The translations under genes and the position numbers were made by a program. 64,000 bases of DNA from Christensenellaceae bacterium (GTDB lineage Bacteria > Bacillota > Clostridia > Christensenellales > Aristaeellaceae), in assembly GCA_022510815.1 (NCBI GenBank), contig JAFLST010000011.1, forward strand, positions 4,713 through 68,712, written 5' to 3'. Under the pieces are notes generated by a model. That model was not told the DNA's origin and searched no databases. It saw only the letters and a list, made by a program, of their open reading frames with translations. This document shows positions 1 through 9,949 of the stretch, piece by piece; position 1 is the stretch's first letter; every line of letters begins with the position of its first letter.

Positions 1-26
1 GCCACATCCTTGATCGTCACTGACAT
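1..26 (-). CDS. 5' end of a gene running off the left edge; visible N-terminus MSVTIKDV resembles LacI-family regulators
   Basis: ATG at complement 24-26 with GGAGG 6 nt upstream (complement 33-37). Only 8 codons are visible. Confidence 0.25.
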
Positions 27-179
27 GGTGAGCCTCCGTATGAAAACGATTTCGATGAATGTCAGTATACAGCAAAACGCTTTCAAAGGCAAGATGAAAC
101 ATCAAAGAAAGCGCGCGGCATTGATTTTTTGCCGGTTTGATAGTAGGATAGTCCTATCACCTTTCGGAGGAACAGGAAA

Positions 180-1076
180 ATGAACGTTCAAAAGCTGTTG
201 ACCGAACACAGGGCGGTAAAAATCACGGTCGGCCAGAGCGGCGCGGACGTCTATGAAATCGACGAGAAGTATGTCCTGAAGCATGTGGTTCGCGGGGCAT
301 TGCCGGAGGAGCAGTTTGATGCCTATGGGCGGGAAGCGCAGTTCTATCAGGCTCAGTTCGACCGTCAGCCGGTGTATCTTCCGAAAATGCTGGCAGCGGA
401 GACATCCGAGGACGAGATCCTGATCCTGATCAAAAAGTATGCTCCTCTCAGGCGCGGCGCCCTCGACGCCTCAATGCTTCGGAAAATCATGGGGACATTA
501 GCGGCGCTTCACACGGACGATCTGCCGCCCTTTCTTCGCCGCGGCACGGAGCTGGCGGAACCGTTCTCCGACCAGAGAATTGCGGAGTGCGTAAGCGGAT
601 GGGCGAGCGTGCTTGCGAGGCATCCGGGCGCATTTGATGAAAGCGTGCCGGAGAAAATCGCGCGCAGGATCAACGAGCTCATCCTGTGGCATGACGCCGA
701 GGAGCGCGTGATGGCGCACGGCGATTTTCATTGGGACAATCTGCTGCAGGACGAACAGGGTCATATCCTCCTGTGCGATTGGCAGGGTGTCCATTCCGGC
801 GGCGCGTCCGGTGATCTGAGCTTTTTTCTGAGCAGACTGGGCGCAGACGGCGTTCAGCTCAATCCGGCAGGTTTGACGGATTTCTATGTGTCCGCCATCC
901 GGGAGCGCTCGGGCAGGCAGCTCGACCGGCAGGCGATCATGCGGCACATGAGCGCCGCGAACGTCATTACGTCTTTTGCCTTCTGGCACGAATACCTGCA
1001 CGGCAGCCGCGAAGAGCGGGTGCGGGAAATCTTTGATAAGATGAGGATGGACTTTGAACAGTGGCTTTCATCGTAA
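180..1076 (+). CDS. phosphotransferase-family kinase (APH/choline-kinase fold)
   Basis: 298-aa ORF with GGAGG-type RBS. Has the catalytic-loop motif HGDFHWDNLL followed by LLCDWQG. Confidence 0.7.
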   Translation: MNVQKLLTEHRAVKITVGQSGADVYEIDEKYVLKHVVRGALPEEQFDAYGREAQFYQAQFDRQPVYLPKMLAAETSEDEILILIKKYAPLRRGALDASMLRKIMGTLAALHTDDLPPFLRRGTELAEPFSDQRIAECVSGWASVLARHPGAFDESVPEKIARRINELILWHDAEERVMAHGDFHWDNLLQDEQGHILLCDWQGVHSGGASGDLSFFLSRLGADGVQLNPAGLTDFYVSAIRERSGRQLDRQAIMRHMSAANVITSFAFWHEYLHGSREERVREIFDKMRMDFEQWLSS

Positions 1077-1108
1077 GGACGAAGCCGCGCGTCATATCAG
1101 ACCATCAC

Positions 1109-1143
1109 AAAAACCGCCGCGCACCTAATGCGCGGCGGTTTTC
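1109..1143. terminator. bidirectional intrinsic terminator between convergent genes
   Basis: aaaaaccgccgcgca / tgcgcggcggtttt perfect GC-rich stem. It is flanked by an A-run and a T-run. Confidence 0.65.
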
Positions 1144-1159
1144 TCGCGTCTGTGGCTTC

Positions 1160-3247
1160 TTACAGCTCCACGGTCATTGCGATGGGTTCGACGCCCGTCA
1201 GCTCCTTGGAACGCTCGTCGGGCTGATACAGGCCCGCGTAGACCTCCCACTTGCTGCCATCCTGAATGCGCTCGCCCTCGTCGTTGACCACAGTGAAGGC
1301 CGTGCTATCCAGCGGAATGGCGACCTTGCAGGTCTCGCCGGGCTGCAGAAGCTTCGTGCGGGCAAAGCCGATAAGCACCGGATGCGGCGGTGCGAACTTC
1401 GACGTCGGGTTCTTCGCGTAGACCTGCACCACCGTTTCGCCGGCGACATCGCCCGTGTTGGTGACGGCGATCTCCGCCTTGCCCGGCAGCTCGAGGCGCA
1501 GGCCGTCCGCGGAGAAGGTCGTGTAGCTCAGGCCGTAGCCGAAGGGATACAGGGGCTTGCCCATGAAGTAGCGGTAGGTGCGGTTCACCATGCTGTAGTC
1601 GGTGAAGTCAGGCAGATCATCGACGGTCTCGTAGAAGGTCACCGGCAGGCGGCCCGAGGGATTCACCTTGCCGAAGAGCACCTCCGCCAGCGCCGTGCCG
1701 CCCGCCTGACCCGGATACCACGTCAGGAGCTGCGCGTTGCCGGTGGGGACGTTCAGCGCGGAGCCCGCCGCAACCACCGTGACGAGGGGCTTGCCGGTCG
1801 CCATCAGCGCGTCCATCAGGTGGCGCTGGGACTCGGGCAGCAGCAGGTTGGGCTTGTCGCCGCCCTCATAGGAGTTGCCGGTGTCGCCCTCTTCGCCCTC
1901 GAGCGTCGCGTCAAGGCCCACGCAGGCGATGATCACGTCGGCGTTCTCCGCGCAGAGCACGGCCTCGGCAAGGCGGTCGTCGGGACGGCCCAGATTCTCA
2001 ATGCGGTCTTGGAACAGCGACGCGCCCTTGCTGTACAGCACGCGGATGCCTTTCTCGGCGGCATAGGCGCGGATGCCCTGCAGGAAAGTCACATAACGGC
2101 TGGAGGTGCCGCAGTAGTTGCCTTCCAGCGCGGGAACGCAGTCGGCGTTGGGGCCGATGACCGCAATGGTCTTGATGCCGTCGGCCTTGAGCGGCAGGAT
2201 GCCGTCATTGTGCAGCAGCACCATGGACTTCTCCGCAGCCTCGAGGGCCACGGCGGCATGGGCGTCGGTGTCGCACTCGGTGTAGGGGATGGCGTCATAC
2301 TCGCAGTCATCCGCGAACAGGCCCAGCAGGTAACGGGTCGTGAACGCCCGCTCGCAGGCCTCGGTGATCTGCTCCTCGGTGACGAGGCCCTCCTGATAGG
2401 CCTCGAGCATGTGCAGATAGGTATTGCCGCAGTTGATGTCGCAGCCGTTCTCCAGCGCGAGGGCGGCGGACTCGGGCGCGGTGGACGTGACCATGTGATT
2501 GGTGTGGAAATCGCGGATGGCCCAGCAGTCGCTGACCACATGGCCCTCGAAGCCCCACTTGTCGCGCAGGGTGTCCCGAAGCAGGGTCTTGGAGCCGCAG
2601 GCAGGCTCGCCGTTGACGCGGTTGTACGCGCCCATGACGGACTCGACCTTCGCCTCCTTCACCGCGGCCTCAAAAGCGGGCAGGTAGGTCTCGTTCATGT
2701 CCTTGGGATTGGCCTGCGCGTCAAACTCGTGGCGGATCTTCTCCGGGCCGGAGTGCACCGCGAAGTGCTTGGCGCAGGCCGCCGCCTTCATGTACTTGCC
2801 GTCGCCCTGCAGGCCCTTGATGAACCTGACGCCCAGCCGCGCGGTGAGCACCGGGTCCTCGCCGTAGGTCTCATGGCCGCGGCCCCAGCGGGGATCGCGG
2901 AAGATGTTGATGTTGGGGCTCCAGAACGTCAGCCCCTTGTAGATATCCCGGTCGCCATGGGCAGCCTGACCGTTATACTTGGCGCGGCCCTCGGTGGCGA
3001 TGACCTCCGCAATGCGCTGCTGGAAGTCCTCGTCAAACATCGCCGCCAGACCGATGGCCTGCGGGAACACCGTCGCCGTGCCCGCCCGGGCCACGCCGTG
3101 CAGCGCTTCGTTCCACCAGTTGTAGGCCGGAATGCCGAGGCGCGGAATGCCCGGCGCGTCATAGCGAAGCTGGGAGGCCTTCTCCTCCAGCGTCATCTTG
3201 GATACCAGTTCGTGGGCCCACGTCCGGGCCTGCGCGCGGTCGATCAT
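1160..3247 (-). CDS. glycoside hydrolase family 3 beta-glucosidase/beta-xylosidase
   Basis: 695-aa ORF. The N-terminus ...MTLEEKASQL...GIPAYNWWNEALHGV... and the RDPRWGRGHETYGEDP motif are typical of GH3. RBS is AAGGAG. Confidence 0.85.
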   Translation of the reverse strand: MIDRAQARTWAHELVSKMTLEEKASQLRYDAPGIPRLGIPAYNWWNEALHGVARAGTATVFPQAIGLAAMFDEDFQQRIAEVIATEGRAKYNGQAAHGDRDIYKGLTFWSPNINIFRDPRWGRGHETYGEDPVLTARLGVRFIKGLQGDGKYMKAAACAKHFAVHSGPEKIRHEFDAQANPKDMNETYLPAFEAAVKEAKVESVMGAYNRVNGEPACGSKTLLRDTLRDKWGFEGHVVSDCWAIRDFHTNHMVTSTAPESAALALENGCDINCGNTYLHMLEAYQEGLVTEEQITEACERAFTTRYLLGLFADDCEYDAIPYTECDTDAHAAVALEAAEKSMVLLHNDGILPLKADGIKTIAVIGPNADCVPALEGNYCGTSSRYVTFLQGIRAYAAEKGIRVLYSKGASLFQDRIENLGRPDDRLAEAVLCAENADVIIACVGLDATLEGEEGDTGNSYEGGDKPNLLLPESQRHLMDALMATGKPLVTVVAAGSALNVPTGNAQLLTWYPGQAGGTALAEVLFGKVNPSGRLPVTFYETVDDLPDFTDYSMVNRTYRYFMGKPLYPFGYGLSYTTFSADGLRLELPGKAEIAVTNTGDVAGETVVQVYAKNPTSKFAPPHPVLIGFARTKLLQPGETCKVAIPLDSTAFTVVNDEGERIQDGSKWEVYAGLYQPDERSKELTGVEPIAMTVEL

Positions 3248-3427
3248 AGGCGAATAACTCCTTTCACGCGGGTGAATGAAATGCTGCCAGATTTATTCCC
3301 TTTTCCGCCGCCGGAATCCTGCCTGCGCCGGGGGAAATTCGCCGAATTTTCATCAGGCAGTAGCGAAACGGGGAAATCTCTGGTATAATACGGAACGAAG
3401 ATATCGGCGGACACGGAGGATACGCGC

Positions 3428-4234
3428 GTGAGGATCGACGCCATCGCCTTTGATCTGGATGACACGCTGCTGCGGGACGACAGGACCATCTCGCCATACA
3501 CGCTGTCGGTGCTGCGCAGGGCGGCGGAAAAGGGCATTCGGATCATCCCCGCCAGCGGCCGCACAAGGGACAGCATGCGCGGCTTCGTGGAAAAGATCGG
3601 CTGCGCGACGTGTTCCATCTCCTGCAACGGCGCAGAGGTCTGGTCTCCGGCCGGGGAGTCGCTCATGCGAGAGCTGCTGGACGTTCCGCTGGCCGTCGAG
3701 ATTGCCCGTTTCGCGGAGGCGCGCGGCTGCTACGCCCAGACCTACGCAGAGGACTGTTTCTTTTATAATCAGGAGGGCAAGTGGGCCGACGCCTACGCCG
3801 AGAGCTCCGAGCTGCGGGGCGTGTACGTCGGCAATCTGGAGGCATATATCGCCCAGCCGACGCCCAAAATACTCATTATGGATACCCCTGCCCGGATCGC
3901 GGAGCTGCTCCGGGAAGCGCAGGCGCTCTTTGAAGGCCGGGTCTCGCTGACCTGCTCCAAGCCCTACTTCCTCGAGGTCAACCCGCTCCGGGCCACCAAG
4001 GGCAACGCGCTCCGATGGTGCGCCGACCGGTTCGGCTTTGCCATGGAGCACGCCGCGGCCTTCGGGGATAGCCTCAACGATCTGTCCATGCTCACGGCGG
4101 CAGGGCACGGAATCGCCGTCGCCAACGCGAGGGAGGACGTCCGGGCGCAGGTTGCCACGGTCTGCGGCAGCAATCAGGAGGACGGCCTCGCCCACTATAT
4201 CGAACAGTACGTTTTATCAGGAGGAAACGCATGA
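3428..4234 (+). CDS. Cof-type HAD-IIB sugar phosphatase
   Basis: GTG start after GGAGGA. HAD motif I is AFDLDDTLL and the C-terminal motif is FGDSLNDLSML. Confidence 0.8.
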   Translation: MRIDAIAFDLDDTLLRDDRTISPYTLSVLRRAAEKGIRIIPASGRTRDSMRGFVEKIGCATCSISCNGAEVWSPAGESLMRELLDVPLAVEIARFAEARGCYAQTYAEDCFFYNQEGKWADAYAESSELRGVYVGNLEAYIAQPTPKILIMDTPARIAELLREAQALFEGRVSLTCSKPYFLEVNPLRATKGNALRWCADRFGFAMEHAAAFGDSLNDLSMLTAAGHGIAVANAREDVRAQVATVCGSNQEDGLAHYIEQYVLSGGNA

Positions 4235-5160
4235 TACAGGCAGCCAGCTTTGCCAAGCACCTGCAATTGACGGAGCTGTCCCCCTCCAGCAGGAAGGAAT
4301 GGGATATCCGCACCGCCGACCTGAACCGGCCCGGCATGCAGTTCTGCGGCTTTTATGAATACTTCGCCTTCGAGCGCCCGCAGGTCATCGGCAAGGTCGA
4401 GATGACTTATCTCGACGCGATGGATCCCCAGACGCGCAAGCGGATGCTGGAGACGTATTTTTCCTATAATATTCCCTGCGTGGTGTGCTGCCGGGGGCTG
4501 AACCCGCCCAAGGACCTGCTGGACGCGGCAAAGCGGCACGATATCGCCGTTTATCAGACAAGCATGGTGACCACGCGGTTCTCCTTCAACGCCATCACCT
4601 ATCTGAACCGCTGTCTGGCCCCGAGGGTCACGCGCCACGGCGTGCTGGTGGACGTCTACGGCGTGGGCGTGCTGCTGACCGGCGAGAGCGGCGTGGGCAA
4701 GAGCGAGGCGGCGCTGGAGCTGGTTCGGCGCGGGCATCAGCTTGTGGCGGACGACGTGGTGGATATCTGCCGCCTCTCCGACAGCGAGCTGATCGGCGAG
4801 TGCCCTGAGATGGTGCGCCACTTCATGGAAATCCGCGGCATCGGCATCATCGACATTCGCGCGATGTACGGTGTCGGCGCGGTGTCCGTCAGCAAGAGCA
4901 TCGATCTGGTCATGCACATGGAAAAGTGGGTCGAAGGCAAGAGCTACGACCGCCTCGGCCTGACCGACGAGCACATCACCATCCTCGGCGTAAAGGTTCC
5001 CTACCAGATCATGCCCGTGCGTCCCGGCCGCAACCTCGCCATCATCATCGAAGTGGCCGCGCGCAACCTCTTCCTCAAGCGCCTCGGCTACTCCGCGCCT
5101 CACGAGCTGGACCGCCGAATGAACGAGATGGTGCTCAAAAAGGCGCAGGAGATGGAATAA
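4231..5160 (+). CDS. hprK: HPr kinase/phosphorylase
   Basis: P-loop LLTGESGVGKSEAALELVRRGHQLVADD and the EIRGIGIIDI signature. Overlaps the upstream stop by 4 nt. Confidence 0.9.
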   Translation: MIQAASFAKHLQLTELSPSSRKEWDIRTADLNRPGMQFCGFYEYFAFERPQVIGKVEMTYLDAMDPQTRKRMLETYFSYNIPCVVCCRGLNPPKDLLDAAKRHDIAVYQTSMVTTRFSFNAITYLNRCLAPRVTRHGVLVDVYGVGVLLTGESGVGKSEAALELVRRGHQLVADDVVDICRLSDSELIGECPEMVRHFMEIRGIGIIDIRAMYGVGAVSVSKSIDLVMHMEKWVEGKSYDRLGLTDEHITILGVKVPYQIMPVRPGRNLAIIIEVAARNLFLKRLGYSAPHELDRRMNEMVLKKAQEME

Positions 5161-5212
5161 ACAAACCGTTTTCCCAAACGCGATCTTCATCGAAACGCAA
5201 GGAGGCACGACC

Positions 5213-6157
5213 ATGTACAGCATCGGCATCGACATCGGAGGCACAGGCATTCAGCTCGGTCTGGTGGACGAGCAGGGCCGCATCGCGCATAAGGGCGGCA
5301 TCGTCACCCGGACGGACATTCCCTTCGACCAGCAGGTCAAGGCCATCGCGGACTGCGTGCTGGAGACAATCGCGGCCTCCGGGCACAGCGTCGAAGATAT
5401 CAGCTCCATCGGCGTGGGCGTGCCGGGCGTGGTCGCCCCGCGCACCGGGCATATCGCCTTCTGCAACAATCTGGGCTGGAAGGACGCGCCCTTCCGCGAG
5501 GAGATGCAGCGCTGGATCGACAAGCCTGTCCACATGGACAACGACGCGACAGTGGCCGGTCTGGCGGAGTATCACGCGGGCGTGAGCGCCGGGACGCACT
5601 CGAGCGTGTTCATCACGCTGGGCACCGGCGTGGGCGGCGGCATCGTGCTGGGCGGCAAGGTGTGGAGCGGCTTCCACGGCGTGGGCAGCGAGATCGGGCA
5701 CATGATCTTCGAGGTGGACGGCGAGCCCTGCAACTGCGGCAACCGCGGCTGCCTCGAGCGCTATTGCTCCGCCACCGCCATCATCCGCATGGCCCGCGAG
5801 GAGGTCGCCAAGACGCCTGACAGCCTCGTCCTCCAAATGGCCGGAGGCGACCCGGCGAAGATCAACGCCAAGATCGTCTTCGACGCAGCCCGAGAGAACG
5901 ACCCTGTGGGCAAGGCCGTCTTCGACCGCTTCGTGCGCTATCTGGCGCAGGCCATCGTCACCATCATCAACTTCCTCGACCCGGAGATCGTCGTGCTGGG
6001 CGGCGGCGTGAGCAAGGCGGGCGCATTCCTGCTGGACGCGGTGCGTCAGGCCGTGCCGGAGTACCTGCTTTACAAGACTCTTCCCTGCGCCCGGATCGAA
6101 CTGGCCGAGCTGGGCCCCGACGCGGGCATCATCGGCGCGGCGATGCTGGGGAAATAA
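5213..6157 (+). CDS. glcK: ROK-family glucokinase
   Basis: N-terminal IGIDIGGTGIQLG ATP-binding motif and the ROK zinc motif CNCGNRGCLE. Confidence 0.8.
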   Translation: MYSIGIDIGGTGIQLGLVDEQGRIAHKGGIVTRTDIPFDQQVKAIADCVLETIAASGHSVEDISSIGVGVPGVVAPRTGHIAFCNNLGWKDAPFREEMQRWIDKPVHMDNDATVAGLAEYHAGVSAGTHSSVFITLGTGVGGGIVLGGKVWSGFHGVGSEIGHMIFEVDGEPCNCGNRGCLERYCSATAIIRMAREEVAKTPDSLVLQMAGGDPAKINAKIVFDAARENDPVGKAVFDRFVRYLAQAIVTIINFLDPEIVVLGGGVSKAGAFLLDAVRQAVPEYLLYKTLPCARIELAELGPDAGIIGAAMLGK

Positions 6158-6173
6158 AGCAAGGACAGTAAAG

Positions 6174-6205
6174 AGACCGTCGGGCCTGCGCCCGGCGGTC
6201 TTTTG
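6174..6205. terminator. bidirectional intrinsic terminator
   Basis: 12-bp stem agaccgtcgggc/gcccggcggtct with a 4-nt loop, followed by TTTT. Confidence 0.65.
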
Positions 6206-6208
6206 CGG

Positions 6209-7528
6209 TTACTCCTGCCGCATCATCCACAGCACGCCTTCCGCCTCGCGGATGAACTGATCGGCGGAGAGCTGACCAGCCATGTAGCGGTCCCGCAGCA
6301 TGATCAGATCGTCCGACCCGCCGGAGTCCATGGGCACCGTCATGTGCTGCGCGGCCTCCCGCCACAGGGCGAGCTTTTCCGGCGAGGTAACCCATTGGGA
6401 CGTCTCCAGCGCCGCGAGCTGTGCGCGCGTCCACGCCACGCTGTCCTCGAACTGGATGCGTTCATCGCCGGAAAGATTGCCGCTCTGCAGCATGCCCTCC
6501 TGCTGGGCGAGCATGTCATTCAGCATGGACGCCTCAGCCTGATATGTTATGTTCTCAATCAGCGTGTCCTCATCGGGGTGCAGCAGCACGCTCATCAGCG
6601 GCGCGCTGTCCGCCTCCAGCACGGTGCACTCCAGGAACGCGACGGCCTCCTCCTGACGAGAGCTGTACGGGTTGACGGCGTACAGGTCGACATAGGCCTT
6701 GAGATGCGGCTCCTCGCCCTCCGCGCGGGCGAGCAGCACCGGCTTCATATACACTTCATTCCGGTACATCCCCGGCGCCAGATCGTATGCCAGATTCATC
6801 AGCACTGTCTGCCCGCCGCCTGCTCCCGCCTTCTGAAGCATCGGGGTAATCTGTTCAAGCTTCTCCAGCAGCGCGCGGAAGACCGGGTCGTCATAGGTCA
6901 GGGGCTTGCCCTGCGAGGCGCACCACGCTTCCTGCGCGTCCCGGATCAGGGTGAACAGCCGGAAGCGCAGCATCTCCGCGTCCCAATCAGACAGCCGGAC
7001 AGGCGCGTCCTCGTCCCAATCCGCGATGAAATCCATCAGGCTCATGAGGTTTGCCGGCAGCTCCTCCTCCGACAGCCCCATCAGCTCCATGGCATCTCTG
7101 CTAAAGGCGGCGGTCAGGCAGCTGATGCCCACCGGGATGGCGCACAGCCTGCCGTCATGCCACAGCTCGTCCGCGATGAACGGATACATGGCTTCAACAT
7201 AGCCGCGCAGCGTTTCGCTCGCCTCCAGAGCGGCGCAGTAGCCGCGCTCCCGCATCGCCCTGTAGCCCCGGGTCTGCATCATCACCCAAAGCACATCCTG
7301 CGAGCCATCCTGTGTGGTCATGGCCCGCACGATATCATTCATGTCCGGCGCAGCTCCGGTTCCGGCGATTTCGACGGACAGGTCGGGATACCGCTGCGCA
7401 AAGGCCTCCGCAGCGCCATAGCCCCCGTTGGTGAAGTTCGCGTACTCCGGCACCCGCAGCGTTTCCGCCGCCGCGCATGTCATCGTCAGGCACAGCGCCA
7501 GCGAGATCAACAGGCATCGTTCTTTCAT
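6209..7528 (-). CDS. secreted solute-binding-protein-like protein, short paralog
   Basis: Signal peptide MKERCLLISLALCLTMTCAAA. Start chosen at the ATG with GGGAG RBS. The C-terminal motif DRYMAGQLSADQFIREAEGVLWMM is shared with two paralogs in the window. Confidence 0.6.
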   Translation of the reverse strand: MKERCLLISLALCLTMTCAAAETLRVPEYANFTNGGYGAAEAFAQRYPDLSVEIAGTGAAPDMNDIVRAMTTQDGSQDVLWVMMQTRGYRAMRERGYCAALEASETLRGYVEAMYPFIADELWHDGRLCAIPVGISCLTAAFSRDAMELMGLSEEELPANLMSLMDFIADWDEDAPVRLSDWDAEMLRFRLFTLIRDAQEAWCASQGKPLTYDDPVFRALLEKLEQITPMLQKAGAGGGQTVLMNLAYDLAPGMYRNEVYMKPVLLARAEGEEPHLKAYVDLYAVNPYSSRQEEAVAFLECTVLEADSAPLMSVLLHPDEDTLIENITYQAEASMLNDMLAQQEGMLQSGNLSGDERIQFEDSVAWTRAQLAALETSQWVTSPEKLALWREAAQHMTVPMDSGGSDDLIMLRDRYMAGQLSADQFIREAEGVLWMMRQE

Positions 7529-7666
7529 GTGGATCACTCCCGTTTTTCATTTGTCACGCGCTATGAAAACGGAAGAAACCGGAAATTTTCATCCTTTACA
7601 CATGTTACAACCCCATAAGGCGCTCCGCCATGAAAAGGCCGCCGGACTTGCATCTGGCGGCTTCCC

Positions 7667-9766
7667 TTATTCCTGCTCCATCTGAATCATCCACATGATG
7701 CTCTCCGCCTCCCGGACGAACTGCTCCGCGGTGAGCTGACCGCCGATGTAGCGGTCGCGCACGTTCAGCAGCACGTCGTCGCCGGGCGTGGGCAGCACAT
7801 ACACATGCGGCACGATTTCCCGCCACCGGGCGATTCCCTCCGCCGAGATGGCCCAGTGGAATGCCTCCGCCTGCTCTTCCCGGGTGTCGTACAGCGCCAG
7901 CACATACCGGGCGTTGTCCCGCTCGTTGACGGACAGGGACTCGTCCTCCAGCATGGCCGTGTAACGCGCGCTCTCCTCGGCGATGAGGTCCATCTCCATC
8001 CGATACCGCGGGTCCTCCACCGGGTCGTTCTCATCCGGATGCAGGAGCATCATCAGCAAATCGTAATATTCCCCGTACCGCACAGCACATTCCAGCAGAT
8101 CGACGGCCTCCTCCGGCGAGGCGCTGTACGGGTTGACCGACAGCAGGTCGACATAGGCCGAAACATAGTAATCCTCGCCCTCCGCGCGGCTGAGCGGCAG
8201 AGGCATCTGCCCCTGATCGGACAGCAAATAGGCACTGGGCGCAAAATTACCCATCAGATTCAGCAGCGTCGGGCCCCAATTCCTCATGGACGAGTCAGCT
8301 GGGGCAAAGCGCTCCAGCGACGGCGTGATCTCATCCAGCTTCCTGAGCAGCGCCAGCACCTCCGGCGCATCCCATGTCATGGAGACGCCATGCGCCGCGC
8401 ACCACGCCTCTTGCGTATCCCGGATCAGATAGAAGAGCTGCCTGCGCAGGATGGCCGCGCTGGCCTCGAGGAGCTTCACGGGCCTGTCGTCATCCCACGC
8501 GGCGATGAAGTCCATCAGCTCCATAATCGTCCCCGGCAGGTCATCGGCCGTCAGTCCCGCTTCCTCCAGCAGCGCCGGATCGTAGACCACGCCCGAAGTC
8601 TCGAAGCTGACCGGCACCGCGCACAGGCTGTCCCCGCGCCAGAGCAGATCGCCGAAGGCAGGGTACATGCCGTCGACATAGTCCATGAGAACCTCGCTGC
8701 CGTTGAGCGGCAGGCAGTAGCCCTTGTCCCGCATGGCCACATAGCCGGTCGACTGCATGGCCATCCAGTAGACGTCTATCCCTCCGTCCTGATTGATCAT
8801 CGCCTGCACGATGTCCGACATGCCGTTGCCGTACAGCGGAACCTTCTGCTCCACAGCCGTCTCGGGGTGCTGCTTCGCGAAGGCCTTCAGCGTCTGCTCG
8901 TTCCAGCCCATGCTGTACTGCGACACCCGCAGAGGTCTGCCCTCCAGCGCCGCCGGATCGGTTCCCGCCGACATCAGACCCTGCTCGCTGTGCAGAAAAT
9001 AATACGCGCCGCCCGATACAGCCGCCGCCGCGCTTCGGGAGGCACGACTCTCATCCCGCAGGACGTAGGCGGCAATCTCCACCGCGCCGGTACTCAGATT
9101 CATCCTGTACAGCCGCGCCTGCCCCATCGCCCAAGCATACCCGCCGTCCGTGGTCAGGCCGGTCAATTGCCCCTGATCCACCGGCTCGTTCAGCGTGGCG
9201 AGAGCGCGCTCCCGGCCCGTGTCCCGGCTGATGGCCGTCAGCGCGGTGGCTCCATCGCCGCGGGCAAGGGTCAGCAGCACGCCGTCATCGGTCAGCGCCA
9301 GATTGATGTAATCGCCTTCGGCAAGCTGCCGGGATGCGCCGTTCTCGATGACATAGACGCTCCGGCGGTTATAGGGAATGTCCGTGTTGGGCAGGCCCAG
9401 CAGCCAGACCGTATCCCCTTCCGCCGCCATGTCGTAGAAGAAGCTGTCCGGCAGCGTGTCATGGTCAATAAGCACATCCTGCCGCTCGAGCGTTTCTTCC
9501 TGCCAGCGGAAGCGGACGACGCCCTCCCCGCAAAGCACATAGAGCGTCTCGCCGCTGACGGTCATGAGCTGACCCTCACTGACCGGGCACGCCTCGATCC
9601 ACGCGCCGTCCTGTTCGATCTGGATGCCGTGGCGGTTCAGGGCCAGCAGCCGTCCGTCCATGACCGCAAGATCAGCAAAGTTGGCCGTCCCCTCCGCCAG
9701 CGCGGGCAGCGCTAACAGACACAGCGCGCACAGCATCAGGCCCATCATCCTACGGACTATCTTCAT
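7667..9766 (-). CDS. secreted protein with an N-terminal repeat (propeller-like) region fused to a solute-binding-like domain
   Basis: Start at MKIVRRMMGLMLCAL after AAGGAGG, with a signal peptide. The C-terminal ~420 aa is collinear with 6209..7528 and 50074..52242. Confidence 0.55.
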   Translation of the reverse strand: MKIVRRMMGLMLCALCLLALPALAEGTANFADLAVMDGRLLALNRHGIQIEQDGAWIEACPVSEGQLMTVSGETLYVLCGEGVVRFRWQEETLERQDVLIDHDTLPDSFFYDMAAEGDTVWLLGLPNTDIPYNRRSVYVIENGASRQLAEGDYINLALTDDGVLLTLARGDGATALTAISRDTGRERALATLNEPVDQGQLTGLTTDGGYAWAMGQARLYRMNLSTGAVEIAAYVLRDESRASRSAAAAVSGGAYYFLHSEQGLMSAGTDPAALEGRPLRVSQYSMGWNEQTLKAFAKQHPETAVEQKVPLYGNGMSDIVQAMINQDGGIDVYWMAMQSTGYVAMRDKGYCLPLNGSEVLMDYVDGMYPAFGDLLWRGDSLCAVPVSFETSGVVYDPALLEEAGLTADDLPGTIMELMDFIAAWDDDRPVKLLEASAAILRRQLFYLIRDTQEAWCAAHGVSMTWDAPEVLALLRKLDEITPSLERFAPADSSMRNWGPTLLNLMGNFAPSAYLLSDQGQMPLPLSRAEGEDYYVSAYVDLLSVNPYSASPEEAVDLLECAVRYGEYYDLLMMLLHPDENDPVEDPRYRMEMDLIAEESARYTAMLEDESLSVNERDNARYVLALYDTREEQAEAFHWAISAEGIARWREIVPHVYVLPTPGDDVLLNVRDRYIGGQLTAEQFVREAESIMWMIQMEQE

Positions 9767-9949
9767 GACAATTCCTCCTTGTGCGATTCCGCGAAACGGA
9801 TATGACAGCCTATAAGACGCTCTCCCCCTCACCATCGTCAAAATCGCGTTTGTAACAATTCCAGCTCATGGATTTGCGGCACGGCAAAGGATTTCTGCCT
9901 GTGCATGTGGAATCATTCATTGGACACACTACGGAAGGAGGCGCTTGCC

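Noticed and set aside
1061-3388. 775-aa ORF on the + strand
   Set aside because: It is entirely antisense to the well-supported GH3 gene. The translation is Arg/Ala/Gly/Leu-rich low complexity with no motifs, which is typical of a shadow ORF in GC-rich DNA.
6203-9715. 471-aa and 636-aa + strand ORFs (6203..7618 and 7805..9715)
   Set aside because: They are antisense to the two solute-binding-like genes, which have signal peptides and good RBSs. The translations are Arg/His/Gln-rich with no motifs.
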